In this document: in pieces, positions 22,131 to 33,899 of the stretch
Layout: the number at the start of each line of letters is the position of its first letter
How positions within the stretch are numbered: position 1 is the stretch's first letter
Source: Takakia lepidozioides
Lineage: Eukaryota > Plantae > Bryophyta
Direction of reading: 5' to 3'
Assembly (NCBI GenBank): GCA_030704615.1
Contig: CM060732.1
Coordinates: forward strand, 58,280,001 to 58,344,000
Length of the DNA stretch: 64,000 nucleotides
Translations under genes and position numbers: made by a program
Notes under the pieces: model-generated
What the model saw: the letters and a program-made list of their open reading frames with translations, nothing else
Database searches by the model: none
Told to the model about the DNA's origin: nothing

Positions 22131-25100
22131 GGCCCCGGCCGCACCTGGCCGCTAAGCGGCCTGCTAAGCTAGGTAGTAGCCGTTAACAGCATGGTGACGG
22201 CCGCACTTGCCCGTTACAACCCCAGCTAGTTAGCGGGCTCCTAGCAGCTGTTAAAGTTGACGTAGGGGTTCCTCCAAAATTTAGCACGTCCTCCCCCCAG
22301 GTGGTAAATCGCGGTCACCGACTAAAAATTGGGCAGTCGATCTTGCACGCAACAGAGGTATGCAACGTCTCCCCTTCCCTGCGATCTCTCCTTTTCTCCC
22401 TCCCTGCCTCTCTTCCCTCTCCATGCCTCCCTCTCTTTCATCATCTCTCAATCCATCTCTTTCTATTCTTGTTCTTTCTTGTTTTTTGTTTTTGTTTTTG
22501 GTTGTTTGTGTGTTCATGGGGTGGGTGATTGCACAGCAGGGAGCGCGGGGCGGGCACGAGCAAGTCACTGGCAACCGTAGCTCAGTCAATGCAACTCGGT
22601 CGCAATTCAGCGAGTGCCATTCACATAGTGCTTTGTTGTACTCTGCCACGGCTCGTCGTGCTTCCCCTCTCTGAAAAGAGAGTTGCCTTTGGCCTTCCTG
22701 CCTTGTTCCTCATCCAGAGCCTGCACCACCGATTGCCAGTCGTTGCCAACGCCCATGTGCGTGCTTTTGGTGGTTGTGGCCATGATATGTCCACTTGGTA
22801 CTAGAAAATTGTTACAGATTGAACATTGTGCAGATGGTTTTTGCACAACATGTAAGAAAATCATCATGAGATTGTCGAAGTGCTTGCATTCAACTAGCAA
22901 GAATTTGGTAACAGGGCTGTGCTTGAAGGCTAGCATCACAGAATATAAAGATATCCAATGTGTAGTAGCATTGGATATCATGGTCAGTGAAGATGCAAGA
23001 CAGGTGTGGCTGTGATGGTAATGCCAGACAAACTATACCAAGGAAAGAACAAGGAAAGTGGCTAATTTCCTCCTGAAACTCTAACAACTCATGGAACAAG
23101 AATGCGCAATAAATAAAGCAATCACCAAGAAATCAGGCGTAATTGTGGCTTGAAATGGAGTTATTTGTGAAGGTTTAGTGTTCATTATTCAAGGGAGAGA
23201 GAGAGAGAGAGTAATGTAGTGCATTGCCCTTTTCTAGGTAGAAGGGAGCTAGAATACATACAGGTACTGCAAATTGTAGTAACTTGGGAGATATCTGGTC
23301 AACACCCCTCCTTGCTTCCTTGTTGCCCCACTCTTTTCCTGCTTCCTAGCTTTGAATGTGGTGCTAGAATATGTAATATCATGGACAAACACATCTATTA
23401 GAAAAATGTCCTCCAAGTTGACCCTGTTTCTGTTTGTCTTGACCCATTGGGATAAGGTCTTCATGTGCTTGTGTGAGAGAGGTAGGAGGAGGATGAAAAG
23501 AAGGATGTGTTTATGATTGTTGAAATTGATATGGAACAGCCTTACTGGCCACATACCAGGTGAGCTTGGGAAAATAAAGGTAGCTTCTACTTCCGAAATA
23601 TACTGCCTGTGCATCCTCTATTACTGGCTCATTTGAATGATGAATTAGTGTTGATGAGCTCAATTCAATACCCCCTTGGTGACTAGATGTGGGTTCTGTG
23701 TTATACAGGAGAAAGAGAATGAATCACGTTATGAGGAGAAAGTAGAGAGAGGCCGTTGTGACCAGGGGTATATTTGTTTGAGAATAAGACACCCTATGAG
23801 ACCACTACAGCGTGTTCAAAGTGCTTAGTGCCACCCACCTGATTGAATGGCCATTTCTTAATGCCTGTCTTATGCTTGTGTCATGCAATTGTGATTCAAG
23901 ACGCTGGTGAGCCTTGATCTGTCTCACAACAACTTCACCAGCTCTATTCCCCACTCTCTAAAGAGAAGCTCTCTTCTCTTTCATTTTTGTAAGACCTCTC
24001 CCTTTTGTGTGTCTCCTTAAATTTGATGCAGGATGCTCAAGTTGACATCCAGCATAAATCTTTTATTTCGTACTTGCCTGCGTTTTGTACATGTTGCACA
24101 TTACACTATGTCACAAGTAGGTTTACTCTGGCAACTCCGTCGTCACTAGACAGAGGGCAATGAGGGAGGTGACCTGCGAGTATTTCTGTTTGGATGATAT
24201 ATATAGGTTGCTTTTGGTTGCTAAAACTGCAGGGTTTACAGTCCCAAGCAGTTGCCCTTCCTCTGCTCATGGTGAATTTGAGTCTGGCAGGTGGGATGAG
24301 GTTCACGCGGTGATATCACCATTTTGCCCACCCTCATTATCAACAACAGGGCAGTCTCCCGGATAGTACCTACCACGATTCCAGCTTTGACGATGTCAAC
24401 ATGGACCTCTTTGCCGTTTTCTAGAACTGCCAGGCTGGCACAAGCACTGAGAATGCAACTGAGGGTGATCTCATTGGGCGTCACCCCTTCACAAATCATT
24501 TGCTCATAGGTCTCCAAAGCCTCACTACAACACCGTGTATCCTACTATCATTGAAATCCATGAGACAACATTTCGTTCAGTCATATGCCATCAGCCGGGT
24601 GGTCTGATCTGTGAAATGTTGGTGTTGACACGCAGCTGGCCTTCCACCTCCGCATGCTCAATGACCGCCACCTCTTGGAGTAGGAATTGTTCAGTCATTA
24701 CCATCATTCCCAAGCCAGACCTTTTTGTACATGATTCTGAATAGAGTCTATCCCTGCAACCTCTTGCCTCATCAATCACTTTTCCTAGGTTCTTTTGCCA
24801 TGCGAGAATGATGTTGTGTGCCCATCATACAGTCATTAAGGTTAAACTTTGCTTTACATGCCTTGTGACTAGAGACCAGCTTGTACCCCCTTTTCGATGG
24901 AGCAAGAAAGGGGCTTGAAGGGGAAGGCAGACTGGGGAGGAGAAGAACATATTTGGAATAAAACGAATATTCATAACGTCCACGGAAAGCTCAAAGAGCT
25001 TATGAGAAAGAGAAAGCATTAAACAAGAAAAAAATGAGCTCCTGAAGTGACCTGCAGGTACAGTCGAGGAGTTCCAAATTGACGAGCTCCCTCTTCCCTC

Positions 25101-25301
25101 TTCCCTGTAGGTTTCACAATCGAGGAGTGGAGGAGCTCCCTCTTCCCTGTTCATAGTCGAGGTTGAGCTGACGAGCTCTAGACGGCCATAGCCGCGGGGG
25201 GAGGGTGCAAGACGGGCGGGCAGCCCGAACTATTATTTTTTAGCGATCCAGTTAACAAACTGCGCGCGGCAGTTTGTTAGCGGGCAGGTGCGGCCGGGGC
25301 C
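22131..25301. mobile_element. Non-autonomous PIF/Harbinger-like TIR element carrying host gene fragments (Pack-type)
   Basis: TIRs GGCCCCGGCCGCACCTG(G/C)CCGCTAA at both ends; TAA TSD at 22128-22130 and 25302-25304; no transposase; internal LRR (23904-23960) and PPR (24350-24590) fragments. Confidence 0.82.
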
Positions 25302-25560
25302 TAACTTAGTTACTTAGGGCCCTTGCGTGCTTATTTTTTCCAGGCTCTTTTTAATGCAATTCCAGGGCCTCGAGTCTGTCCCCCTTTTATTATTTTGGTT
25401 TAAGAGCGAAAAAAGAAGGAATTGTGTAAGTAAGTTAGGGCACAGGGCAAGGCGTAGCGGGGGTGAGGGGGCAAAGCGAGGAAGGGCGAGAGAGGGGGTC
25501 TTTTGCACATCGCCATCGCTGCGAGGGAGCGGCCGCCACAGAGCAGGGACCAGCAGCGCC

Positions 25561-26121
25561 ATGTTGATCCCCAAGAAAAACCGCGTGGAGGTCTACAAGT
25601 ATCTGTTCAAGGAGGGCGTGCTGTACGCCAAGAAGGATTACAATGCGCCCAAGCATCCAGAGATCGACGTGCCCAATCTGCAAGTCATCAAGCTCATGCA
25701 GAGTTTTAAGAGCAAGGAGTATGTCAAGGAGAACTTTGCGTGGAGGCATTACTACTGGTACCTCACCAACGATGGAATAGAGCATCTCAGGACGTACCTC
25801 AATCTGCCTTCGGAGATTGTTCCTGCCACGCTGAAGAAGTCTGCGCGTCCGCCTAGCAGGCCCATGGGCGGGCCTCCTGGCAGTGAGCGCCCTCCGAGAG
25901 GGCCACCAAGATTCGAGGGCGATAGGCCTCCTCGTTTTGGCGGGGACAGGGATGGATACAGGAGCGGGGCTCCCCGTGGCGCACCTGGGGCCTTCGGAGG
26001 GGAGAAAAGCGGAGCACCTGGAGAGTATCGGCCTGAGTTCCGTGGAGGAGGGAGGGGAGGTTTTGGCCGCGGAGGTGGAGGTTTTGGGGGTGGTGGAGCT
26101 CCTGGCGCTATCACTGAGTAA
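25561..26121 (+). CDS. RPS10: 40S ribosomal protein S10 (eS10), intronless, 186 aa
   Basis: [93 protein letters not shown] followed by an RGG-rich tail. Confidence 0.96.
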   Translation: MLIPKKNRVEVYKYLFKEGVLYAKKDYNAPKHPEIDVPNLQVIKLMQSFKSKEYVKENFAWRHYYWYLTNDGIEHLRTYLNLPSEIVPATLKKSARPPSRPMGGPPGSERPPRGPPRFEGDRPPRFGGDRDGYRSGAPRGAPGAFGGEKSGAPGEYRPEFRGGGRGGFGRGGGGFGGGGAPGAITE

Positions 26122-27376
26122 CTGTCGTGGTGAGCTTGTCAGTACCTTTGTCTCCTGTCACTGTCTGTTCCCTGAAACCCAATCTCGCACAGAAGTCTTT
26201 AGGAGGAACGGAAATTCTTGGCAGCTTTTCTGCACGAAGCTTTGACCCTTAGGCAATCCCTTGAGCAGTAGTTATCTGGCTTCACTCTTGGTGTTTTATT
26301 CTTTCTTGTTTCTTGCTTTCCTATTGTCCCATAAGCTCTTCGGGCTTTCTGCAGACGTTATTATAGAAGCTCTTGGTAACACAAACTTGGTAACATGCAT
26401 GTACTTGCCATCTATACTCTGTTACAAGTATGTCGGGTTCTTGGTGCGTATCACTTTTAAGCTCGTGTGGATGATGGCTTATAGATTTGAGGGGTCTTAA
26501 TGTCTCGGGTCTTTTCCCGGCAGCAGGTTGCAAGAGAAGGTCAAAGGATCCTACTTGTTTTGATCTCGTCTGTTGTTGAGATTACTGCACAACGGTGGAA
26601 GGATGCTTTGTTGTGGCTTGGAATTCAGATTAGTTATAGTATTGAGCTGAGTTTGAAGCTGGGTCCACTCTAGCAGAATATGGGCCCGGGTCTGCCTTCC
26701 CTTGGGTTGTCCATCTTCTCATTTTTCTATGACAGGCCAGATGGGCAGAGGGGCTATATCGGAAGAGTAGGGAATCAGCATTCAAATGTCCCAATGCAAA
26801 ACATGCAATAAAACTTGATCGCAGTCACTGGCCGAAGTTTCATATCCCACAACCAGCTCCGGCCTGAAGGGTGCGACGAACCCTATATTCATAGGAAATG
26901 ATGGATACATCATGTTTCATCAGTCTCCCTTTCCTCCTATTTCTAAACTAGGTGCAAGGATTTAGTCAACAGCCTGCTGCAAGTTCTATACCTACCTCCT
27001 GCTATCTTTCCCTCCCTCCCGTGATTCCCCCCTCAAGCATAGAGGTCTGACACACTTTGAAGATCCTGTATGAAGGCTAGAGAATCATAAGCTTCGAAGA
27101 ATCCCATTCTTCCAAGTGTGTTGTGGTGAATGGGAAGGGACATCCATGAAGGTTTACACTGAACCATTCACAATGGTGCACTTTTCTTCTCCTTCAATCA
27201 CCACATAGCGTGTAAGTCCCTTCATAAGAGTTTGATTGAGACACTGTTGTCTGGAAACCCCTTCGTTAGGACCACAGTTGCAGTGCATTGTATAATATGG
27301 CACAATAAGTTGTTTATGTTTCAGCATCCCACATGTCTTCGACATAGAAGCTAAAGAAACATACAGAGAGACTTAC

Positions 27377-29000
27377 CGAAGGGTGTCAAAGGGCTGGTTG
27401 GTGCGCATGCAGTGAATGAAGGCCTCATTTGTGGCTTGGCAGAGAGCCTCCTCTACACCAACCACCACTTCTATACCTGCTTTCTGCAGGGTTTGCACTC
27501 CCTTACCTGTCCCACACGTTCCCAATAACGGTTAGTTTGAAATTTAGTGGCTTTTTGGTACCCATTAAACCACAGTTTCCATGGGGTTATAAGAGTTGGA
27601 TGGGTAGAGATTGAAGGAAAAAGTTGGGCTGGACTTGGGGACAATTGAAGTTTCGGTTCTTCACCTTACCACCATTTACCCAGCAGCTCCTTGGACAGAA
27701 GTTGCAAAGGTAGAGGGTCTCGATCTTCAGTTTATCAGCTTCATGCCATGTTTACATGTGACAAGCAAAAGTGTCTGCATCTGTATTGAGGGGCTAGTTT
27801 GGAAGTTGATGACAGACTGATAATCAGTAATGTACTGTCAGCCATTCTAGTCTCTCGTGTCAAGCCTCTTACAAAAGGCATTCCAGACGATTTAATAGAT
27901 GCCAAACAGTGTATCTCCTCTTGTAATTTCCTGACTGTGGCTGCTTTGCTCTGTAACAGATTCTGTTGTAAAAAAAACTCAGAACCTTGAATTGGGTGAT
28001 CTTGACTAGAGGGCATTGGCATGTTGTTAGGCAGCATGATTGCTACTGTAGCATTCTACTGGAACGAAGTAATCACAGAATCTGGCTGTGCTTGCAAGTT
28101 GGGGAAAGAGGGGGAAAAGATGTACTCATAAGACTTTGTTTGCCGTAGCCTTGTGGCCATAGGCCCCACGCCCAGTTTGGGCGAAACAAAAGGGACCAGA
28201 AACTACCTTTGTGAGGGGCTAAAAGAGGGGGAAAAGAGAGGAAGACAGAGGGATATACATAAGAAAACAAAGAAGTGGCAAGGGCTTGCCTGCAACCTGG
28301 GGTTGGGGTCGACCATGCCCACATGCCCACTACCACCCGGCTGAGCTGTGCCTTGACCAAAGCTTGACTACAGGGGGGGTCCTGCCATAGTGATTACAAG
28401 GCTCTAGGTTCACATATGCTGTTGCACCCTTAGCCATTTTCCCCGCTTCTCTCAATGCAAAAACCTGCACATATGACCATGGATTGACAACAAATTGTAC
28501 CAATCAAACTTCAAACTGTCATAGAAAGCTTCGTATTCTTGAAACACGGAAAGATTGACCGACAATCACTCAACAAGTAACAATGAAACGGTACTCATGC
28601 AACACTACATGACTTTATAGTGTTTCCAGGCTATCTGCATATCTGAAGTGAGGACATTTATATTCTAATCTACAAAAAGAGGAGGTAGCATCCTAACTGA
28701 CCTCTGCATGGGGCTCTCTAGCTTTGGGATGATATCCTTGACCTACAATCACTCCATCTTTCACAATCACACATCCAACCATGGGATTGGGAGATGTCTG
28801 GCCCAGGGCCTTCATTGCCAGCTGCACGCATATCCTCATATACTCTGCATCATCTTTGGTAGCTCCTTCCGGCCGGGCGCCGTTGTGCCTGTTGTTTTGA
28901 GAGGACAGAGCACTGAACTATCCTCCTGGTCCCCTTGCCTGCAATCTCAATGCAGCAATCCCGCTGTACACATTTCCTTTACATTGGCATCCCACAAAGA
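27377..29000 (-). pseudogene. PYRD: Riboflavin pyrimidine deaminase PyrD (RibD-type), N-terminal exons, disrupted
   Basis: Exon ending at 28702: DDAEYMRICVQLAMKALGQTSPNPMVGCVIVKDG...HPKAREPHAE. Exon 28290-28464: VFALREAG...[13 protein letters not shown]...VDPNP. Exon 27377-27506: GKGVQTLQKAGIEVVVGVEEALC...PFDTLR. An 8-bp duplication at 28314-28329 shifts the frame. Confidence 0.88.
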
Positions 29001-30093
29001 ACTAGAACTAGTGTATCTCAAGGTATCTTACAAGAGGACAGTGTAAAGAATTCCAGAACAGTATGGTAATGAAGGGACAAGCAATTCCCACTTTCCATGT
29101 TAGCCAAGCAAATTTTTCACTCACAGGTTGAATCTTGACACAATTCTGAGCATTTGAAGGGTTAAATTACGGGGGAGGACACTGAAACAGGGGAGGGCTG
29201 GGCAAAAATGGAAAAAGACATAGTGGTCATGCGGGAAACGGCTGCTATCTCAAGCAAAACGGACAACTTAGAAGGGATGAAAGATAAAACTCTGCAGAAA
29301 CAATCTTGCTTATTGCCACGTTCTCTAGGATCCCAAATCTGAAATGCTCCAAGACCCAACTGAAAGAAACGTGGATGTGAGGGCTGGGATGCTGTTGTTG
29401 TCCCAGGAGTAGGCCATGTGAAAAATCGAAGAGAGTTTACCTCTTTGCTCATCCTCATGAGTACGGCAGGGGTTACATTGTGTCCAAGTCAGAGTGGCAG
29501 GCATAAAGGCCGAGAAAGACAGAAATATTCATTTCATGTGCTTGTTGCAGTCCTACACATGATGGAAGCAAGGTACAGAATGAGGTGTGCGCACTGCCAT
29601 GGAAGATATGAAGCCAAAAGCTCACCAAATATGAGTAACTGTGAACCCCAGCACAAACATAAGTAAATTTCTAACCTCACAGTATAATGATGCTTTCCTT
29701 GAGTGCAGCAGCCCCATTGAGCCAGCATAATTTCTGGAGTCTTGACCCTCTCTGAAACCAATGACATGCAGGACCTGCTGAAAACAGGACAGAAATTGTT
29801 CAGAATGAATCACTGGACCTTTGAGTGCATTCAGTGTTTGCCTGACACAAAAGAGACAACGCCCTGATAATCACTACCATTACGTAATATAAAGCAGATA
29901 TGCAAACATTGCATGAAGAAAAAAAAATCCATTCGAACTGTGTAGCTTACAGGGAAGAGAGTGTCATCTGGGTCTTCTGTAACTTGAACATGACGCATCC
30001 AGGCATGCTTGATGGGGCTCTAGGCCTACCCTCTGACCAGGACTGCTCCGCCCCTGCAGATCACAAGGACTATGACAAGTCAGGATATTTAAA

Positions 30094-30593
30094 NNNNNNN
30101 NNNNNNNNNNNNNNNNNNNNNNNNNNNNNNNNNNNNNNNNNNNNNNNNNNNNNNNNNNNNNNNNNNNNNNNNNNNNNNNNNNNNNNNNNNNNNNNNNNNN
30201 NNNNNNNNNNNNNNNNNNNNNNNNNNNNNNNNNNNNNNNNNNNNNNNNNNNNNNNNNNNNNNNNNNNNNNNNNNNNNNNNNNNNNNNNNNNNNNNNNNNN
30301 NNNNNNNNNNNNNNNNNNNNNNNNNNNNNNNNNNNNNNNNNNNNNNNNNNNNNNNNNNNNNNNNNNNNNNNNNNNNNNNNNNNNNNNNNNNNNNNNNNNN
30401 NNNNNNNNNNNNNNNNNNNNNNNNNNNNNNNNNNNNNNNNNNNNNNNNNNNNNNNNNNNNNNNNNNNNNNNNNNNNNNNNNNNNNNNNNNNNNNNNNNNN
30501 NNNNNNNNNNNNNNNNNNNNNNNNNNNNNNNNNNNNNNNNNNNNNNNNNNNNNNNNNNNNNNNNNNNNNNNNNNNNNNNNNNNNNNNNNNNNN
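30094..30593. other. Assembly gap (500 N)
   Basis: Run of N of round length; true size and the relative orientation of the contigs are uncertain. Confidence 0.99.
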
Positions 30594-31950
30594 CCGACTC
30601 CAGCAATGCCTCCATTTCCTTCTCATCTAGAGGAACTCTATCGGAGCCGTCTTCCGACATAATTCTGGCCAATGCCATCTTATGGGCGGCTTTGGGCTTA
30701 TCTTTTGGGTTTGGCACCACCCGGTCTCAACTTAACCTCCTCCTGAACGAGCTGCTCTGCCTCGTGGGCAAGCCTCCCGCGAGTTCCCCCTCGCCAATTT
30801 GTGACAATAGGAACCAACGGTGTTGCAAGCTCCGGTTGAGGTCAGGAAACAGTGCAACAGATATAACTGCTTGGCATTACAACCGACATGCAGTGTGGTG
30901 GTTTCGGTGCAATGCGCACACTTAAATGTGGAGTTTGGCACCTCTCCTGAGCTCGAAGTGGTTGATAGGCTGTGCCTTCCAATCGGTCTCGTCCCTGTTA
31001 CCTCTGGTTTAAAGTGGAAGCAAGTTGGGGAGAAACAACCGCAATGCGTCCCTCACCAACAACGTAGCGCACCCGCACACCATCGCATCTTCAGCTAGTG
31101 GTTTTGGTAACTCACCAAGATGACCGGTCATGTTTCCGATTCCATAGCTGTCAACATTCCGATGGTATTTCCGGACGACCCTCGAGTTAGTCCGCCCGAG
31201 GAGTGAACTCACGAGATATTACCCCCGTCCACGTCGGCGGGAAGGCATGTAACGATTTAATTGCGAACTTGTTGTAGTCCCGCCCTGCCACAGCTCCGAC
31301 CGGTGTCTCTCCATGTGAAGCCCCCACTGTAGAATTTCAAGAATAGATCGAACTGCGTGGTCATGCTGGGATATGACTCCCCTCCTCCACTGACGTCCCT
31401 TGAGGACTTGCCTGCTGATTCTCCCGGACGGCCTCGAACTTCATGACCTCGTCTGATCGGACAGGTGTGAACAACCCGGTTATCTCTCTTCTTCATGGAT
31501 GGGTTTTCGGCTCTTTATTACTTTCGTTGTCGGACTTCTCTCTTTGAGGTAGCCACTCTCTTATTCGCGGTTGGGTTTCTTGAGGCGCAAGGTAGAAGTT
31601 GCATTGGCGGGCAAAGAAGTCCCCAACAGCCTTGTATATAACGCTGTCCGATGGTGGAACTCCTCCATTCCTGCCCATCCCCTTGCCATCCGCCAATCAT
31701 CGTGGAGCTACAACAATACTCTCGACACAAGGCAGGCCTTTTGAAGTCCTTCCTTTCCTCTCCAAAAAAACCGACCACCGGTTTCAGTGGTATCGAACGC
31801 ACAGATATTTCTCCATCACCCGGCAGATTGTCCCCTCTGCACGGAAATGAAGCTCTATGCTCGTGAGGAGGGCAGTACACTGTAGCGCTCGGGTTTCCGC
31901 CATGGGAGATGTGCACACGACTGTTGCAATGGCGTGCGGAATCTCCCTGT
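30594..31950 (-). CDS. Unidentified, frameshifted Cys/His-containing protein running into the gap
   Basis: Chain of overlapping protein-like frames (e.g. HCGCFSPTC...KCAHC...HVGC; KPKAAHKMALARIMSEDG). No family recognised. Confidence 0.3.
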
Positions 31951-32199
31951 AGAAGGGGAATGCAGCGATGGGAAGGAGCGGTGGCCGTGCCGATTTGTCT
32001 GAGCGATGAAGCTGATCCAAATCCATGGAGCCAACTATCTCAAAAATCCACAGTCCTTAGTGTTTAATGAACCTTGTCTCCGGATGCGGCCCCTGGTCTT
32101 GCGCATAATGCCAAACGGTAATGGCAGTCAGAAAGTGGGGGCCGTCCGGATGATGACGCTGAATGGGAGAAGCCGGCACTGTGCCGTCACATTACCCCC

Positions 32200-33420
32200 C
32201 CGAATGGAAGTTCGGCACCCCCTATCCACCAGGGCCGCACGGATGAGTCGTCTTGGGCAGAGATGTCGCACCTGTCCGACAGACAACACCCCCGGATGGA
32301 AATTCAGCGCCGAATTTCGCATTCGGATCCCCCAAAGGAGTCATGTCGGGGGGTCAGGCCGAAAACTAGCCGACATAAAAACCTACCAGATGGAAAAACG
32401 GCGCCGAATTTCCATCCGAGGCCTTTTCGGATGCAGTCGGCTCGGGGGAAAGGACGCCATCTGGCCCTCACATTACAACCCCCGGACTGAAATTCGCACC
32501 GAATATACAACAGGAAGCCCGGATGAAGCCCTCGGGCGCAGAGGCCGGCGAGTGTGCCGACAGAGAACATCCCCTGGCAGGAGATTCGGTGCCGAATTTC
32601 CATCCGGGCCCCCCCAAAGGAAGTCGTGTCAGGGGGTCAGGCCGAAAACTAGCCGGCATAAAAACATCCCTAGATGGAAAAACGGCGCCGAATTTCCATC
32701 CGGGGCGGTCGGATGCAGTCGGGGTGGGGGAGAGGGCCGCACCTGGCCCGTCCATTTCAACCCCCGGACGGAAATTCACACCGATATCCAACAGGGGCCC
32801 CGAAGGAAGTCGCCTCGGGCTAGAGGCCGGCAACGTGTTCGACATAGAGCATCCACCTCCTCCTGGATTGAGATTCGGCGCCGAATTTCCATCCATCCGG
32901 GACTCCACTTACCACCTGCTGGATGGAAATTCGGAGCCGGATTTCCATCCATTCCGCTTCGGAACTACCTGTGTCAGGAAATTTGTCGTGCTGCCCTACC
33001 TGCGGCGGATGGAAATCCGTCGCCGGATTTCCATCCATCCGCTTCTGAATTACCTTCGTGAGGGAAATTTGGCGCGCCGCCCTACCTTCGCGGATGGAAA
33101 TCCGGCGCCGTATTTCCATCCATCCGCGTCGGAATTACCTGTGTCAGGGAAATTTGGCGCGCCGCCCTACCTGCGCGGATGGAAATCCGGAGCCGGATTT
33201 CCATCCATCCGCTTCTGAATTACCTGCGTGAGGGAAATTTGGCGCGCCGCCCTAACCTTCGCGATGGAAATCCGCGCGGATTTCCATCCTGCAGCGCTCC
33301 GAATTACCTTACTCTACGTTGGAAATTCCGGACCGAGTTCTCGTCGATTTTCATCCGACATAGAGGGCTTCATCCGACATTTAATTGCGCATTGGGGCAA
33401 TAAATTTCCACCGCCATCCC
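32200..33420. repeat. Array of palindromic repeats
   Basis: About 5-6 units of ~85 bp, each with GGATGGAAAT-CCGGCGCCGG-ATTTCCATCC-like dyads (32865-33300), plus a ~280-bp duplication (32330/32610). A related GGCGCCGAATTT motif recurs at 36415-36650. Confidence 0.88.
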
Positions 33421-33899
33421 TTTCATTCGGGCTGCCGAGACAATGGCTTCCTGGATACGTACCCTAAATCTGATGCTAATCTTGGCTTAACATGCTATTC
33501 GAGGCATGTACCCCAAAAGAAGGCTGCTTGTGCATGTCATTCCCAGGCAATGGTTGCATTGTTTTTCATTGTTGTTGCATGGCTCTCCATACTTCCTAAC
33601 TTTTTATGTTTCATTTTTGTTACACATTATTGCTATGGTGGTTGCGCTGCTCGTGCGATGCTGGTTTAGGGACCGATGTTGGTTTTCACAAATTCTTGGG
33701 ATGACAGAGTGACACAAGCCCGGCAACTGGTGGTATCAAATCATCGACAGCTCCACTCATCGCATGTTTGAATCGCCCAACTTGGGGGAGAGGGCAAACT
33801 TAAACCTTTTGTTGGTGGACGGTAGGACTTGCAACGAATACGACAGAATAGGCATTGGGAGGTTGGTGCAGGCGGCATGGCAGTGAAGGGCGTGAGGAC

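Noticed and set aside
25327-25560. 78-aa N-terminal extension of RPS10
   Set aside because: Starts at a non-ATG codon; the conserved protein begins at ATG 25561.
29900-30925. ORFs spanning the N run
   Set aside because: Artefacts of translating the gap.
32006-33218. 351-aa and 231-aa ORFs
   Set aside because: Read-through of a GC-rich palindromic array; no domain features.
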